Positions 26,973 to 38,889 are shown, counted from the stretch's first letter. The stretch: DNA of 64,000 nucleotides from Escherichia coli (GCF_003334815.1 NZ_QOWO01000009.1); one strand, 5' to 3'. Made by a program: numbers and translations. Notes: a model not told the origin generated them from the sequence alone.

Positions 26973-27068
26973 GCTTTTTCTCCGCAATATTCAGGCGCAA
27001 AAGCCCGATTTTCTGTTCTTCTGTTACAAGACAGAAGAAGATATCTCTCAAAATTTGTGCTCGATCGG

Positions 27069-27157
27069 TCCCCTCTCCCTTGAGGGAGAGGGTTAGGGTG
27101 AGGGTGAACGTGCGCGCTGATGCCCTCACCCCGGCCCTCTCCCACAGGGAGAGGGAG
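27069..27157. repeat. array of three GC-rich stem-loops (dyad-symmetric repeat) between hrpB and mrcB
   Basis: CCCTCTCCC-TTGA-GGGAGAGGG (27071-27092), GGGTGAGGG...CCCTCACCC (27096-27131), CCCTCTCCC-ACA-GGGAGAGGG (27135-27155); a further inverted repeat TTCTTCTGT-TACAAG-ACAGAAGAA lies at about 27020-27045. Confidence 0.6.
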
Positions 27158-27167
27158 AAAACCAACC

Positions 27168-29597
27168 TTACGAATACTTTTTCGTCCGTCGCGTCGGTGC
27201 AGTATTTGCCGGGTCGTCCGGCCAGACATGTTTGGGATAACGCCCTTTCATCTCTTTTTGCACCTCACGGTACGCTCCTTTCCAGAAGGCGCTCAAATCT
27301 CGTGTGATTTGTAATGGCCTTTGGGCAGGTGAAAGCAACTCCAGCACCAGCGGCACGCGCCCCTGGGCGATCGTCGGATTGGTGGCCTCGCCAAACATCT
27401 CTTGCATTCTCACCGCCAGCGCGGGCGGGTTATCTTCATGATAACGAATGGCGATCCGGCTTCCCGTCGGCACAGTGTAATGCGCAGGCAATTCACTATC
27501 CAGACGTTGCTGCATTCCCCAATCAAGTAATCCGCGTAGTGCCTGATAAATGTCGAGTGATTTCAGGCCGCGTAGTGAATGTACGCCAGTCATATGTGGC
27601 AGCAGCCACGTTTCCAGCGCTGCCAATAAACTTTCATCATCAACCGCTGGCCAGTCATATTCCGGCAACCACTTTGCGGCGCATAACAAACGCAAGCGTA
27701 GCTGTTCCGCTTCCGCCGTCCAGTTGAGCACGCTTAAACCTTTATCACGGATGCCATTAAGCATCGCCTGATGCAACTCGTCTTCTGACGGTTTCGCCAG
27801 CGGCTGCACTTTCACCGTCAACTGACCGATTTGTAGCCGACGCCAGGCTTTCAGCGTACCTTGCGCGTCATCCCACTCCACAGTGTCAGACTGCTGTACC
27901 AGCTGCGGGCAGCGTTGTACTAACTCATCAATATCGACCAGCAGCGCCAGTAAAATCCGCGCATCCGGCGAGGCGCTGCCCTGCAATAATAACGGTGCGA
28001 TCAACCATTCGTGGCGGCTTAGCGCGTCGTTGGCATCGAGCATCGCTCCCATGCCGTTTGCCAGTTGATAGCGTCCATCTTGCCCACGGCGACGAGCAAT
28101 GCGATCGGCAAACGCCCCGGCAAGTAGCGGCGCGATAAGCGAACTGTCTGCCTCACCGCCACGTACGTTTAAGCGTTTTAACAGTTGCTGACTACGTTGC
28201 TGCCAGGCTGGTTGATTGCGCGAAAACGCCACGCCCAGGTCACTATTGCCCATCCGTGGCGGCTCTTCGAGAATGGCGGCAATTTTTGCCGCGGTAGCAG
28301 CTTCGTCGTCGTTCTTCGCGCTAACCAGCATTGCCGCTAAACGCGGATCGTTACCCAGCGCTGCCATTTTTTGCCCTTGCGCACTAAGCCGTTCACCCTC
28401 CAGTGCCCCCAGCATTTGTAACAGACGTTTCGCGGCCAGTAGATTCACTACTGGCGGTTGATCCAGCCAGCTCATCTGCGCCGGATCGCTGCATCCCCAT
28501 TGCAGTAATTCCATCAGCAAACCGGAAAGATCGCTTTGTAAGATCTCCGGTTCACTTTGCGCCGCGGCGCGTTCTGCTTGTTCTTTGGCGATTAAATGCA
28601 GGCTGATACCCGGCTCCAGACGCCCGGCGCGCCCGGCACGCTGCGTCATGGATGCCTGGCTAACGCGTTGAGTAATCAGTCGCGTAAGCCCCGTGCGCGG
28701 ATCAAAACGCGCCACACGCTCCTGGGCACAATCCACCACCAGACGAATACCTTCAATGGTTAAACTGGTTTCAGCAATATTGGTCGCCAGCACCACTTTG
28801 CGCATCCCTTGCGGTGCCGGGAGGATCGCTTTTCGCTGATCGTTCAGCGACAACGCGCCATACAGCGGGCAGAGCAATACATCACTGCCGATGCGCGAAG
28901 CCAGTTGTTCCTGCACACGCTGAATTTCTCCGACGCCAGGTAAAAATAACAGTAATGATCCGCTTTCCTGACGCAGCATTTCAGCGGTGGCTACCGCAAC
29001 GGCATCGTCAAAACGCTGATGCGCGGGCAGCGGTAAATAACGGCGTTCAACCGGAAACGAGCGCCCTTCTGAGATGACGACAGGCGCTTCTGGCAGCATT
29101 TGCTGCAAGCGGTCGTTGTCCAGGGTAGCCGACATAATCAGCAGTTTAAGGTCATCACGCAGACCTTGTTGCACATCGAGTAACAGCGCCAACGCCAAAT
29201 CCGCCTGCAAGCTGCGCTCATGAAATTCATCAAGGATCACCAGTCCAACACCGCTCAGTTCCGGGTCACGCTGGATCATGCGCGTCAGCACGCCTTCGGT
29301 AACCACTTCCAGGCGGGTATTCGGCCCGACGCAGTTTTGCGCACGCATCCGGTAGCCAACGGTATCGCCTGGCTTTTCGTTAAGCAGCTCCGCCAGCCGT
29401 TGCGCGACGTTACGCGCCGCCAGACGACGCGGCTCCAGCAGGATAATTTTCCCGTTAATGCCGGGATGCGCCAGCAGTTGCAGCGGCAGCCAGGTTGATT
29501 TCCCGGCCCCGGTCGGCGCACTTAATAATACCTGCGGCGCACAATCGAGAGCGGTAAGTAATTCAGGTAAGACGGCAGCAACGGGCAACGACGACAC
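27168..29597 (-). CDS. hrpB: ATP-dependent RNA helicase HrpB (DEAH-box)
   Basis: Track ORF 27168..29642 (-), 824 aa; called from GTG (codon 16) to give the 809-aa protein (VSSLPVAAVLPELLTALDCAPQVLLSAPTGAGKST), with GGAG 9 nt upstream; the ATG at 29642 remains an alternative start. Confidence 0.8.
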   Translation of the reverse strand: MSSLPVAAVLPELLTALDCAPQVLLSAPTGAGKSTWLPLQLLAHPGINGKIILLEPRRLAARNVAQRLAELLNEKPGDTVGYRMRAQNCVGPNTRLEVVTEGVLTRMIQRDPELSGVGLVILDEFHERSLQADLALALLLDVQQGLRDDLKLLIMSATLDNDRLQQMLPEAPVVISEGRSFPVERRYLPLPAHQRFDDAVAVATAEMLRQESGSLLLFLPGVGEIQRVQEQLASRIGSDVLLCPLYGALSLNDQRKAILPAPQGMRKVVLATNIAETSLTIEGIRLVVDCAQERVARFDPRTGLTRLITQRVSQASMTQRAGRAGRLEPGISLHLIAKEQAERAAAQSEPEILQSDLSGLLMELLQWGCSDPAQMSWLDQPPVVNLLAAKRLLQMLGALEGERLSAQGQKMAALGNDPRLAAMLVSAKNDDEAATAAKIAAILEEPPRMGNSDLGVAFSRNQPAWQQRSQQLLKRLNVRGGEADSSLIAPLLAGAFADRIARRRGQDGRYQLANGMGAMLDANDALSRHEWLIAPLLLQGSASPDARILLALLVDIDELVQRCPQLVQQSDTVEWDDAQGTLKAWRRLQIGQLTVKVQPLAKPSEDELHQAMLNGIRDKGLSVLNWTAEAEQLRLRLLCAAKWLPEYDWPAVDDESLLAALETWLLPHMTGVHSLRGLKSLDIYQALRGLLDWGMQQRLDSELPAHYTVPTGSRIAIRYHEDNPPALAVRMQEMFGEATNPTIAQGRVPLVLELLSPAQRPLQITRDLSAFWKGAYREVQKEMKGRYPKHVWPDDPANTAPTRRTKKYS

Positions 29598-29670
29598 AAA
29601 ACGCTCCAGAGGGTTAACATTCTTCGCGCCACATTGTAGCATCGCGGTAATTCATAACCGAGTGCCTCAC

Positions 29671-30920
<1,250 letters not shown>

Positions 30921-31097
30921 TAAAGTAAGTAACTGGTTAATTTACATTCTGGTCGCGTGCGCAAATACGCTTTTCCTCACACAGTTGTCAAGTGTTACGT
31001 TTAGATAATTGCTATCCGGAAAAGCATCTGCTATTTATAGCGGCCTCATTTTTCCCCCGAACATGGGGATCGATAGTGCGTGTTAAGGAGAAGCAAC

Positions 31098-31553
31098 ATG
31101 CAAGAAGGGCAAAACCGTAAAACATCGTCCCTGAGTATTCTCGCCATCGCTGGGGTGGAACCATATCAGGAGAAGCCGGGCGAAGAGTATATGAATGAAG
31201 CCCAGCTGGCGCACTTCCGTCGTATTCTGGAAGCATGGCGTAATCAACTCAGGGATGAAGTCGATCGCACCGTTACACATATGCAGGATGAAGCAGCCAA
31301 CTTCCCGGACCCGGTAGACCGTGCAGCCCAGGAAGAAGAGTTCAGCCTCGAACTGCGTAACCGCGATCGCGAGCGTAAGCTGATCAAAAAGATCGAGAAG
31401 ACGCTGAAAAAAGTGGAAGACGAAGATTTCGGCTACTGTGAATCCTGCGGTGTTGAAATTGGTATTCGCCGTCTGGAAGCGCGCCCGACAGCCGATCTGT
31501 GCATCGACTGCAAAACGCTGGCTGAAATTCGCGAAAAACAGATGGCTGGCTAA
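31098..31553 (+). CDS. dksA: RNA polymerase-binding transcription factor DksA
   Basis: Track ORF 31080..31553; trimmed to M7 [24 protein letters not shown]..., 151 aa, AGGAG Shine-Dalgarno, C4 zinc finger [25 protein letters not shown]. Confidence 0.95.
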   Translation: MQEGQNRKTSSLSILAIAGVEPYQEKPGEEYMNEAQLAHFRRILEAWRNQLRDEVDRTVTHMQDEAANFPDPVDRAAQEEEFSLELRNRDRERKLIKKIEKTLKKVEDEDFGYCESCGVEIGIRRLEARPTADLCIDCKTLAEIREKQMAG

Positions 31554-31581
31554 TTACAGCCGTTCCATCACGTTTACCACA

Positions 31582-31609
31582 GGCGGGAAATGCTCCCGCC
31601 TTATTTTTT
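31582..31609 (+). terminator. dksA intrinsic terminator (leaky; upstream of gluQ)
   Basis: GGCGGGA-AATGC-TCCCGCC hairpin followed by TTATTTTTT (31601-31609). Confidence 0.75.
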
Positions 31610-31619
31610 GTTCAAAGAG

Positions 31620-32516
31620 ATGACAGACACACAGTATATTGGCCGCTTCGCCCCCTCTCCTTCCGGCGAGCTTCATTTTGGCTCTCTGATCGCCGCGCTC
31701 GGCAGCTATTTGCAGGCTCGCGCCCGGCAAGGTCGCTGGCTGGTACGCATAGAAGATATCGACCCGCCTCGTGAAGTTCCCGGTGCCGCAGAAACTATCC
31801 TGCGCCAGCTGGAACATTACGGTCTGCACTGGGACGGCGATGTTCTCTGGCAATCGCAACGTCACGACGCCTATCGTGAAGCACTCGCCTGGTTACATGA
31901 ACAAGGACTAAGTTATTACTGCACCTGTACGCGTGCGCGTATTCAAAGCATTGGCGGTATTTACGACGGTCATTGCCGGGTGTTGCATCATGGACCAGAC
32001 AACGCCGCAGTGCGTATCCGCCAGCAGCATCCGGTCACGCAATTTACTGACCAGCTGCGCGGCATTATTCACGCCGACGAAAAACTGGCACGGGAAGATT
32101 TTATCATTCATCGCCGTGATGGGTTGTTCGCCTACAACCTGGCTGTTGTGGTTGATGATCATTTCCAGGGCGTTACAGAAATAGTGCGTGGGGCTGATCT
32201 GATTGAACCAACAGTAAGGCAAATCTCGCTGTACCAGCTTTTTGGCTGGAAAGTGCCAGATTACATTCATCTGCCGCTGGCGCTTAATCCACAAGGCGCT
32301 AAACTTTCCAAGCAGAATCATGCGCCTGCGTTGCCGAAAGGCGATCCACGCCCGGTACTAATCGCGGCACTTCAATTTCTGGGGCAGCAGGCAGAAGCAC
32401 ACTGGCAGGATTTCAGCGTCGAGCAAATCCTTCAGTCAGCCGTCAAAAACTGGCGGCTTACCGCCGTGCCCGAGTCGGCAATTGTAAATTCAACATTCTC
32501 AAATGCGTCATGCTGA
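31620..32516 (+). CDS. gluQ: glutamyl-queuosine tRNA(Asp) synthetase (GluRS paralog)
   Basis: Track ORF 31590..32516 (308 aa) starts at an ATG inside the dksA terminator hairpin; called from the downstream ATG at 31620 ([23 protein letters not shown], 298 aa); class I aaRS HIGH-like motif. Confidence 0.75.
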   Translation: MTDTQYIGRFAPSPSGELHFGSLIAALGSYLQARARQGRWLVRIEDIDPPREVPGAAETILRQLEHYGLHWDGDVLWQSQRHDAYREALAWLHEQGLSYYCTCTRARIQSIGGIYDGHCRVLHHGPDNAAVRIRQQHPVTQFTDQLRGIIHADEKLAREDFIIHRRDGLFAYNLAVVVDDHFQGVTEIVRGADLIEPTVRQISLYQLFGWKVPDYIHLPLALNPQGAKLSKQNHAPALPKGDPRPVLIAALQFLGQQAEAHWQDFSVEQILQSAVKNWRLTAVPESAIVNSTFSNASC

Positions 32517-32575
32517 GCTATGATTAGCCGCTATTTTTTTGTCCTGAATGATGTTTGACACTACCGAGGTGTACT

Positions 32576-33973
32576 ATTTTTACCCGAGTCGCTAATTTTT
32601 GCCGCAAGGTGCTAAGCCGCGAGGAAAGCGAGGCTGAACAGGCAGTCGCCCGTCCACAGGTGACGGTGATCCCGCGTGAGCAGCATGCTATTTCCCGCAA
32701 AGATATCAGTGAAAATGCCCTGAAGGTAATGTACAGGCTCAATAAAGCGGGATACGAAGCCTGGCTGGTTGGCGGCGGCGTGCGCGACCTGTTACTTGGC
32801 AAAAAGCCGAAAGATTTTGACGTAACCACTAACGCCACGCCTGAGCAGGTGCGCAAACTGTTCCGTAACTGCCGCCTGGTGGGTCGCCGTTTCCGTCTGG
32901 CTCATGTAATGTTTGGCCCGGAGATTATCGAAGTTGCGACCTTCCGTGGACACCACGAAGGTAACGTCAGCGACCGCACGACCTCCCAACGCGGGCAAAA
33001 CGGCATGTTGCTGCGCGACAACATTTTCGGCTCCATCGAAGAAGACGCCCAGCGCCGCGATTTCACTATCAACAGCCTGTATTACAGCGTAGCGGATTTT
33101 ACCGTCCGTGATTACGTTGGCGGCATGAAGGATCTGAAGGACGGCGTTATCCGTCTGATTGGTAACCCGGAAACGCGCTACCGTGAAGATCCGGTACGTA
33201 TGCTGCGCGCGGTACGTTTTGCCGCCAAATTGGGTATGCGCATCAGCCCGGAAACCGCAGAACCGATCCCTCGCCTCGCTACCCTGCTGAACGATATCCC
33301 ACCGGCACGCCTGTTTGAAGAATCGCTTAAACTGCTACAAGCGGGCTACGGTTACGAAACCTATAAGCTGTTGTGTGAATATCATCTGTTCCAGCCGCTG
33401 TTCCCGACCATTACCCGCTACTTCACGGAAAATGGCGACAGCCCGATGGAGCGGATCATTGAACAGGTGCTGAAGAATACCGATACGCGTATCCATAACG
33501 ATATGCGCGTGAACCCGGCGTTCCTGTTTGCCGCCATGTTCTGGTACCCACTGCTGGAGACGGCACAGAAGATCGCCCAGGAAAGCGGCCTGACCTATCA
33601 CGACGCTTTCGCGCTGGCGATGAACGACGTGCTGGACGAAGCCTGCCGTTCACTGGCAATCCCGAAACGTCTGACGACATTAACCCGCGATATCTGGCAG
33701 TTGCAGTTGCGTATGTCCCGTCGTCAGGGTAAACGCGCATGGAAACTGCTGGAGCATCCTAAGTTCCGTGCGGCTTATGACCTGTTGGCCTTGCGAGCTG
33801 AAGTTGAGCGTAACGCTGAACTGCAGCGTCTGGTGAAATGGTGGGGTGAGTTCCAGGTTTCCGCGCCACCAGACCAAAAAGGGATGCTCAACGAGCTGGA
33901 TGAAGAACCGTCACCGCGTCGTCGTACTCGTCGTCCACGCAAACGCGCACCACGTCGTGAGGGTACCGCATGA
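32576..33973 (+). CDS. pcnB: poly(A) polymerase I
   Basis: Track ORF 32555..33973 begins at a TTG; the annotated 465-aa protein ([22 protein letters not shown]) corresponds to initiation at the in-frame ATT codon at 32576, the non-canonical AUU start reported for pcnB. Confidence 0.8.
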
Positions 33974-34449
33974 CAGTGGCGTATATTGCCATAGGCAGCA
34001 ATCTGGCCTCTCCGCTGGAGCAGGTCAATGCTGCCCTGAAAGCATTAGGCGATATCCCTGAAAGCCACATTCTTACCGTTTCTTCGTTTTACCGCACCCC
34101 ACCGCTGGGGCCGCAAGATCAACCCGATTACTTAAACGCAGCCGTGGCGCTGGAAACCTCTCTTGCACCTGAAGAGCTACTCAATCACACACAGCGTATT
34201 GAATTGCAGCAAGGTCGCGTCCGCAAAGCTGAACGCTGGGGACCACGCACGCTGGATCTCGACATCATGCTGTTTGGTAATGAAGTGATAAATACTGAAC
34301 GCCTGACCGTTCCGCACTACGATATGAAGAATCGTGGATTTATGCTGTGGCCGCTGTTTGAAATCGCGCCGGAGTTGGTGTTTCCTGATGGGGAGATGTT
34401 GCGTCAAATCTTACATACAAGAGCATTTGACAAATTAAACAAATGGTAA
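33970..34449 (+). CDS. folK: 2-amino-4-hydroxy-6-hydroxymethyldihydropteridine pyrophosphokinase
   Basis: Track ORF 33970..34449, 159 aa, [65 protein letters not shown]; ATG overlaps pcnB stop (ATGA). Confidence 0.95.
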
Positions 34450-34453
34450 TTTA

Positions 34454-34478
34454 TTTATATTGCGAATATAAATATTTT
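34454..34478 (+). terminator. AT-rich hairpin after folK (weak putative terminator)
   Basis: TTTATATT-GCG-AATATAAA stem-loop followed by TATTTT. Confidence 0.3.
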
Positions 34479-34479
34479 C

Positions 34480-34818
34480 TGAAAATCATATCTCATCTCT
34501 TTCCTTAATTACGATTTTAGTTTAAACATCTCTTTGCGGAAATAATATAACTTCCTATAAATAAATATCAATCCCATCTCCATACCCTAACCAATTGCAC
34601 TTGTGAACTTATTTTTACTTAATTTTGAATTAAGTAAATTTAATTTGTTCAAAAGCTTCTAAAGTGCACAATAGGCGACCTAATGAACAATGGTTGTAAA
34701 TTTGGGTAACAAATATCATTGCTCATTAATATCTAACATTTGTTTCTCCTATTTGTGTCATGAATAGTCATTCTTCAAACATGTAGTCTGACTAATGGAA
34801 TTTTATTAAAGGATTTTT
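34480..34818 (+). promoter_or_regulatory. AT-rich upstream regulatory region of the yad fimbrial operon
   Basis: About 340 bp of very AT-rich, curved-DNA-like sequence with long A/T runs immediately upstream of yadN; typical of silenced fimbrial promoters. Confidence 0.4.
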
Positions 34819-35403
34819 ATGTCTAAAAAATTAGGTTTTGCCCTGTCTGGTCTTATGCTGGCGATGGTTGCAGGTACTGCTTCTGCTGATATGGACGGCG
34901 GTCAGTTAAATATCAGTGGTCTGGTTGTTGATAACACCTGTGAAACCCGCGTTGACGGCGGTAACAAGGATGGTCTGATCCTGCTGCAAACCGCAACCGT
35001 TGGTGAAATCGATGCTGGCGTACTGAATGACACCGTTGGCGCTAAAGCTAAACCTTTCAGCATCACCGTTGACTGCAGCAAAGCAAATCCGAATCCAGGT
35101 AGCACGGCTAAAATGACCTTCGGTTCTGTTTTCTTTGGTAACAGCAAAGGGACTTTGAACAACGACATGTCTATTAACAACCCATCTGACGGCGTTAATA
35201 TCGCTCTACACAATATTGATGGTTCCACTATCAAACAGGTTCAAATTAACAACCCTGGCGATGTGTATACTAAAGCCCTGGATGCAACGACAAAATCTGC
35301 TGTTTATGATTTTAAAGCGTCTTACGTTCGTGCCGTCGCAGACCAAACAGCAACTGCTGGTTATGTAAAAACTAACACTGCATACACCATTACTTATCAG
35401 TAA
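34819..35403 (+). CDS. yadN: fimbrial major subunit-like protein
   Basis: Track ORF 34819..35403, 194 aa, signal peptide [23 protein letters not shown], type 1 pilin fold features (conserved Cys pair, C-terminal YTITYQ). Confidence 0.9.
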
Positions 35404-35500
35404 GTATTCACCAGTTAAATTGATTGAATGAATATACAGGGAATAATAATTTCTATTTTATATTATTCCCTGTTTTAATTAACTCTATCAGGGATGGTTT

Positions 35501-36241
35501 ATGTTTTTTAACACCAAACATACAACAGCTTTATGCTTCGTAACCTGTATGGCTTTTAGTTCATCGTCTATTGCGGACATTGTCATTTCGGGTACTCGCG
35601 TAATATATAAAAGCGATCAAAAAAGTGTCAACGTACGTCTGGAAAATAAAGGGAATAACCCGTTGCTTGTCCAGAGTTGGTTAGATACTGGCGATGACAA
35701 CGCTGAGCCTGGCAGTATTACAGTCCCTTTTACTGCTACGCCGCCAGTATCGCGTATTGATGCCAAACGTGGGCAAACAATCAAATTAATGTACACAGCC
35801 AGCACCTCACTGCCTAAAGACAGAGAGAGCGTGTTCTGGTTTAACGTACTGGAAGTTCCACCAAAACCAGATGCAGAAAAGGTCGCGAATCAAAGCCTGC
35901 TGCAACTGGCATTTCGCACACGTATAAAACTTTTCTATCGCCCGGATGGATTGAAGGGAAATCCCTCTGAAGCCCCGTTAGCCCTGAAGTGGTTCTGGTC
36001 AGGTTCAGAAGGTAAGGCGTCATTACGAGTGACCAATCCAACCCCTTACTACGTCTCTTTTAGCAGTGGTGATTTAGAAGCTAGCGGTAAACGCTATCCG
36101 ATTGATGTGAAAATGATTGCACCATTTAGTGATGAGGTCATGAAAGTCAATGGCCTTAATGGCAAAGCGAATTCTGCAAAAGTGCATTTTTACGCCATTA
36201 ATGACTTTGGTGGCGCAATTGAAGGTAATGCCAGGCTGTAA
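35501..36241 (+). CDS. yadV: periplasmic fimbrial chaperone (PapD-like)
   Basis: Track ORF 35501..36241, 246 aa, signal peptide, PapD-like chaperone motifs. Confidence 0.9.
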   Translation: MFFNTKHTTALCFVTCMAFSSSSIADIVISGTRVIYKSDQKSVNVRLENKGNNPLLVQSWLDTGDDNAEPGSITVPFTATPPVSRIDAKRGQTIKLMYTASTSLPKDRESVFWFNVLEVPPKPDAEKVANQSLLQLAFRTRIKLFYRPDGLKGNPSEAPLALKWFWSGSEGKASLRVTNPTPYYVSFSSGDLEASGKRYPIDVKMIAPFSDEVMKVNGLNGKANSAKVHFYAINDFGGAIEGNARL

Positions 36242-36275
36242 TCAGGCAAGGATATAATTCCGCAGGAAGCATAGC

Positions 36276-38873
36276 GTGACTATAGAATATACTAAAAATT
36301 ATCATCATCTGACCCGTATCGCCACGTTTTGCGCGCTGCTGTATTGCAATACTGCTTTCAGTGCTGAACTCGTTGAATATGACCATACCTTCCTGATGGG
36401 GCAGAATGCATCTAATATTGATCTCAGCCGGTACAGTGAAGGTAACCCCGCTATACCGGGTGTTTACGACGTCAGTGTTTATGTAAACGACCAACCAATC
36501 ATTAACCAAAGTATTACATTTGTCGCAATTGAAGGAAAAAAGAACGCCCAGGCTTGTATCACATTAAAGAATTTATTGCAGTTTCATATTAATTCTCCCG
36601 ATATAAATAACGAAAAAGCCGTTCTGCTTGCCAGGGATGAAACGCTCGGCAATTGCCTCAATTTGACGGAAATTATCCCTCAGGCTTCTGTTCGTTATGA
36701 CGTTAACGATCAACGTCTGGATATAGACGTTCCTCAAGCCTGGGTAATGAAAAATTACCAAAACTATGTTGATCCATCGTTATGGGAAAACGGCATTAAT
36801 GCGGCCATGTTGTCATACAACCTCAACGGATATCATAGTGAAACCCCTGGTCGAAAAAATGAAAGCATTTATGCTGCATTTAACGGTGGGATGAATTTAG
36901 GTGCATGGCGACTGCGTGCCTCGGGCAACTACAACTGGATGACCGATTCTGGCAGTAATTATGATTTTAAGAATCGGTATGTTCAGCGTGATATCGCCTC
37001 GCTGCGTTCTCAACTCATTCTTGGTGAGTCTTATACGACGGGCGAAACCTTTGATTCCGTCAGTATCCGAGGCATTCGTTTATACAGTGACAGCCGCATG
37101 TTGCCTCCGACTTTAGCCAGCTTTGCGCCTATCATTCATGGCGTTGCCAATACCAACGCCAAAGTCACTATTACGCAAGGTGGCTATAAGATTTATGAAA
37201 CGACGGTGCCGCCAGGCGCTTTCGTCATTGATGATCTGAGTCCGTCAGGGTACGGCAGCGATCTTATTGTTACCATCGAAGAATCCGATGGCTCAAAGCG
37301 GACATTCTCGCAACCTTTCTCATCCGTTGTTCAAATGTTACGCCCTGGCGTTGGACGTTGGGATATTAGCGGCGGTCAGGTCTTAAAAGATGATATTCAG
37401 GATGAGCCTAATTTATTTCAAGCAAGCTACTACTACGGCCTGAATAACTATCTGACGGGTTATACCGGTATTCAGATAACCGATAATAACTATACCGCTG
37501 GTTTGTTAGGTCTTGGTCTGAATACTTCAGTTGGTGCATTTTCTTTCGATGTGACTCATTCCAATGTTCGTATCCCGGATGATAAAACATACCAGGGGCA
37601 AAGTTATCGTGTTTCCTGGAACAAGTTATTCGAAGAAACAAGTACTTCACTGAATATCGCGGCCTATCGCTATTCGACACAGAATTACCTTGGTCTTAAT
37701 GATGCACTAACTCTAATTGATGAAGTGAAACATCCCGAACAAGATCTTGAACCGAAATCCATGCGTAATTACTCACGCATGAAAAATCAGGTTACGGTCA
37801 GTATTAACCAACCGTTGAAATTTGAGAAAAAAGATTACGGTTCATTTTATCTTTCCGGAAGTTGGTCCGATTACTGGGCTTCCGGACAAAATCGTAGCAA
37901 TTACTCTATTGGCTACAGTAACAGTACATCCTGGGGCAGCTACAGTGTCAGTGCCCAGCGTTCATGGAATGAAGACGGCGACACTGACGATAGCGTTTAT
38001 CTTAGTTTCACCATTCCAATTGAAAAATTACTTGGCACTGAACAACGTACTTCAGGTTTCCAGAGTATTGATACTCAAATAAGCAGTGACTTTAAGGGTA
38101 ATAACCAACTCAACGTTAGCAGCAGTGGCTATAGCGATAACGCTCGCGTCAGTTATAGCGTGAATACTGGCTATACGATGAATAAAGCCAGCAAAGATTT
38201 GAGTTATGTTGGGGGTTATGCCAGCTATGAGTCACCATGGGGAACGCTGGCAGGTTCAATTTCTGCAAATAGCGATAACAGCCGTCAAGTTTCTCTCAGC
38301 ACCGACGGTGGTTTTGTATTGCATAGCGGTGGACTGACTTTCAGTAATGATAGTTTTAGCGACTCCGATACACTGGCGGTAGTTCAGGCTCCAGGTGCTC
38401 AAGGAGCGCGAATAAATTATGGCAACAGTACTATCGATCGATGGGGTTATGGTGTCACCAGCGCTCTTTCTCCTTATCATGAAAACCGTATCGCGCTGGA
38501 TATCAACGATCTTGAGAACGATGTTGAATTAAAAAGTACCAGTGCAGTAGCTGTACCGCGTCAGGGTTCAGTCGTCTTTGCTGATTTTGAAACCGTGCAA
38601 GGGCAATCAGCCATTATGAACATCACACGAAGTGATGGTAAAAATATTCCATTTGCTGCAGATATTTATGATGAGCAAGGCAATGTCATTGGTAATGTTG
38701 GACAGGGTGGACAAGCATTTGTTCGTGGTATTGAGCAGCAGGGAAATATCAGCATTAAATGGCTCGAACAAAGTAAACCCGTAAGTTGTCTTGCGCATTA
38801 TCAACAAAGCCCAGAAGCAGAAAAAATAGCACAATCTATTATTCTGAATGGAATTCGGTGTCAGATTCAGTAA
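36276..38873 (+). CDS. htrE: outer membrane fimbrial usher
   Basis: Track ORF 36276..38873 (GTG start), 865 aa, recognised as HtrE usher. Confidence 0.9.
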   Translation: MTIEYTKNYHHLTRIATFCALLYCNTAFSAELVEYDHTFLMGQNASNIDLSRYSEGNPAIPGVYDVSVYVNDQPIINQSITFVAIEGKKNAQACITLKNLLQFHINSPDINNEKAVLLARDETLGNCLNLTEIIPQASVRYDVNDQRLDIDVPQAWVMKNYQNYVDPSLWENGINAAMLSYNLNGYHSETPGRKNESIYAAFNGGMNLGAWRLRASGNYNWMTDSGSNYDFKNRYVQRDIASLRSQLILGESYTTGETFDSVSIRGIRLYSDSRMLPPTLASFAPIIHGVANTNAKVTITQGGYKIYETTVPPGAFVIDDLSPSGYGSDLIVTIEESDGSKRTFSQPFSSVVQMLRPGVGRWDISGGQVLKDDIQDEPNLFQASYYYGLNNYLTGYTGIQITDNNYTAGLLGLGLNTSVGAFSFDVTHSNVRIPDDKTYQGQSYRVSWNKLFEETSTSLNIAAYRYSTQNYLGLNDALTLIDEVKHPEQDLEPKSMRNYSRMKNQVTVSINQPLKFEKKDYGSFYLSGSWSDYWASGQNRSNYSIGYSNSTSWGSYSVSAQRSWNEDGDTDDSVYLSFTIPIEKLLGTEQRTSGFQSIDTQISSDFKGNNQLNVSSSGYSDNARVSYSVNTGYTMNKASKDLSYVGGYASYESPWGTLAGSISANSDNSRQVSLSTDGGFVLHSGGLTFSNDSFSDSDTLAVVQAPGAQGARINYGNSTIDRWGYGVTSALSPYHENRIALDINDLENDVELKSTSAVAVPRQGSVVFADFETVQGQSAIMNITRSDGKNIPFAADIYDEQGNVIGNVGQGGQAFVRGIEQQGNISIKWLEQSKPVSCLAHYQQSPEAEKIAQSIILNGIRCQIQ

Positions 38874-38889
38874 CTACAAGGGACGTCAA

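Noticed and set aside
26903-27314. Short ORFs translated across the hrpB-mrcB hairpin array (e.g. 26903..27229, 26948..27307, 26959..27165)
   Set aside because: They are translations of dyad-symmetric repeat DNA (runs of Gly/Glu/Arg and Pro/Leu/Ser); no Shine-Dalgarno sequence; better explained as a structured non-coding element.
29458-29670. N-terminal extensions of track ORFs (thpR from 29458, hrpB to 29642, dksA from 31080, gluQ from 31590, fhuC to 21966, hpt to 50346, cueO to 54658, yacC from 54614, yacL to 57362, acnB to 60240, lpdA to 63823)
   Set aside because: Each extension precedes the known protein N-terminus and usually lacks a Shine-Dalgarno sequence, while the trimmed start has one or matches a known signal peptide; trimmed coordinates are reported instead.
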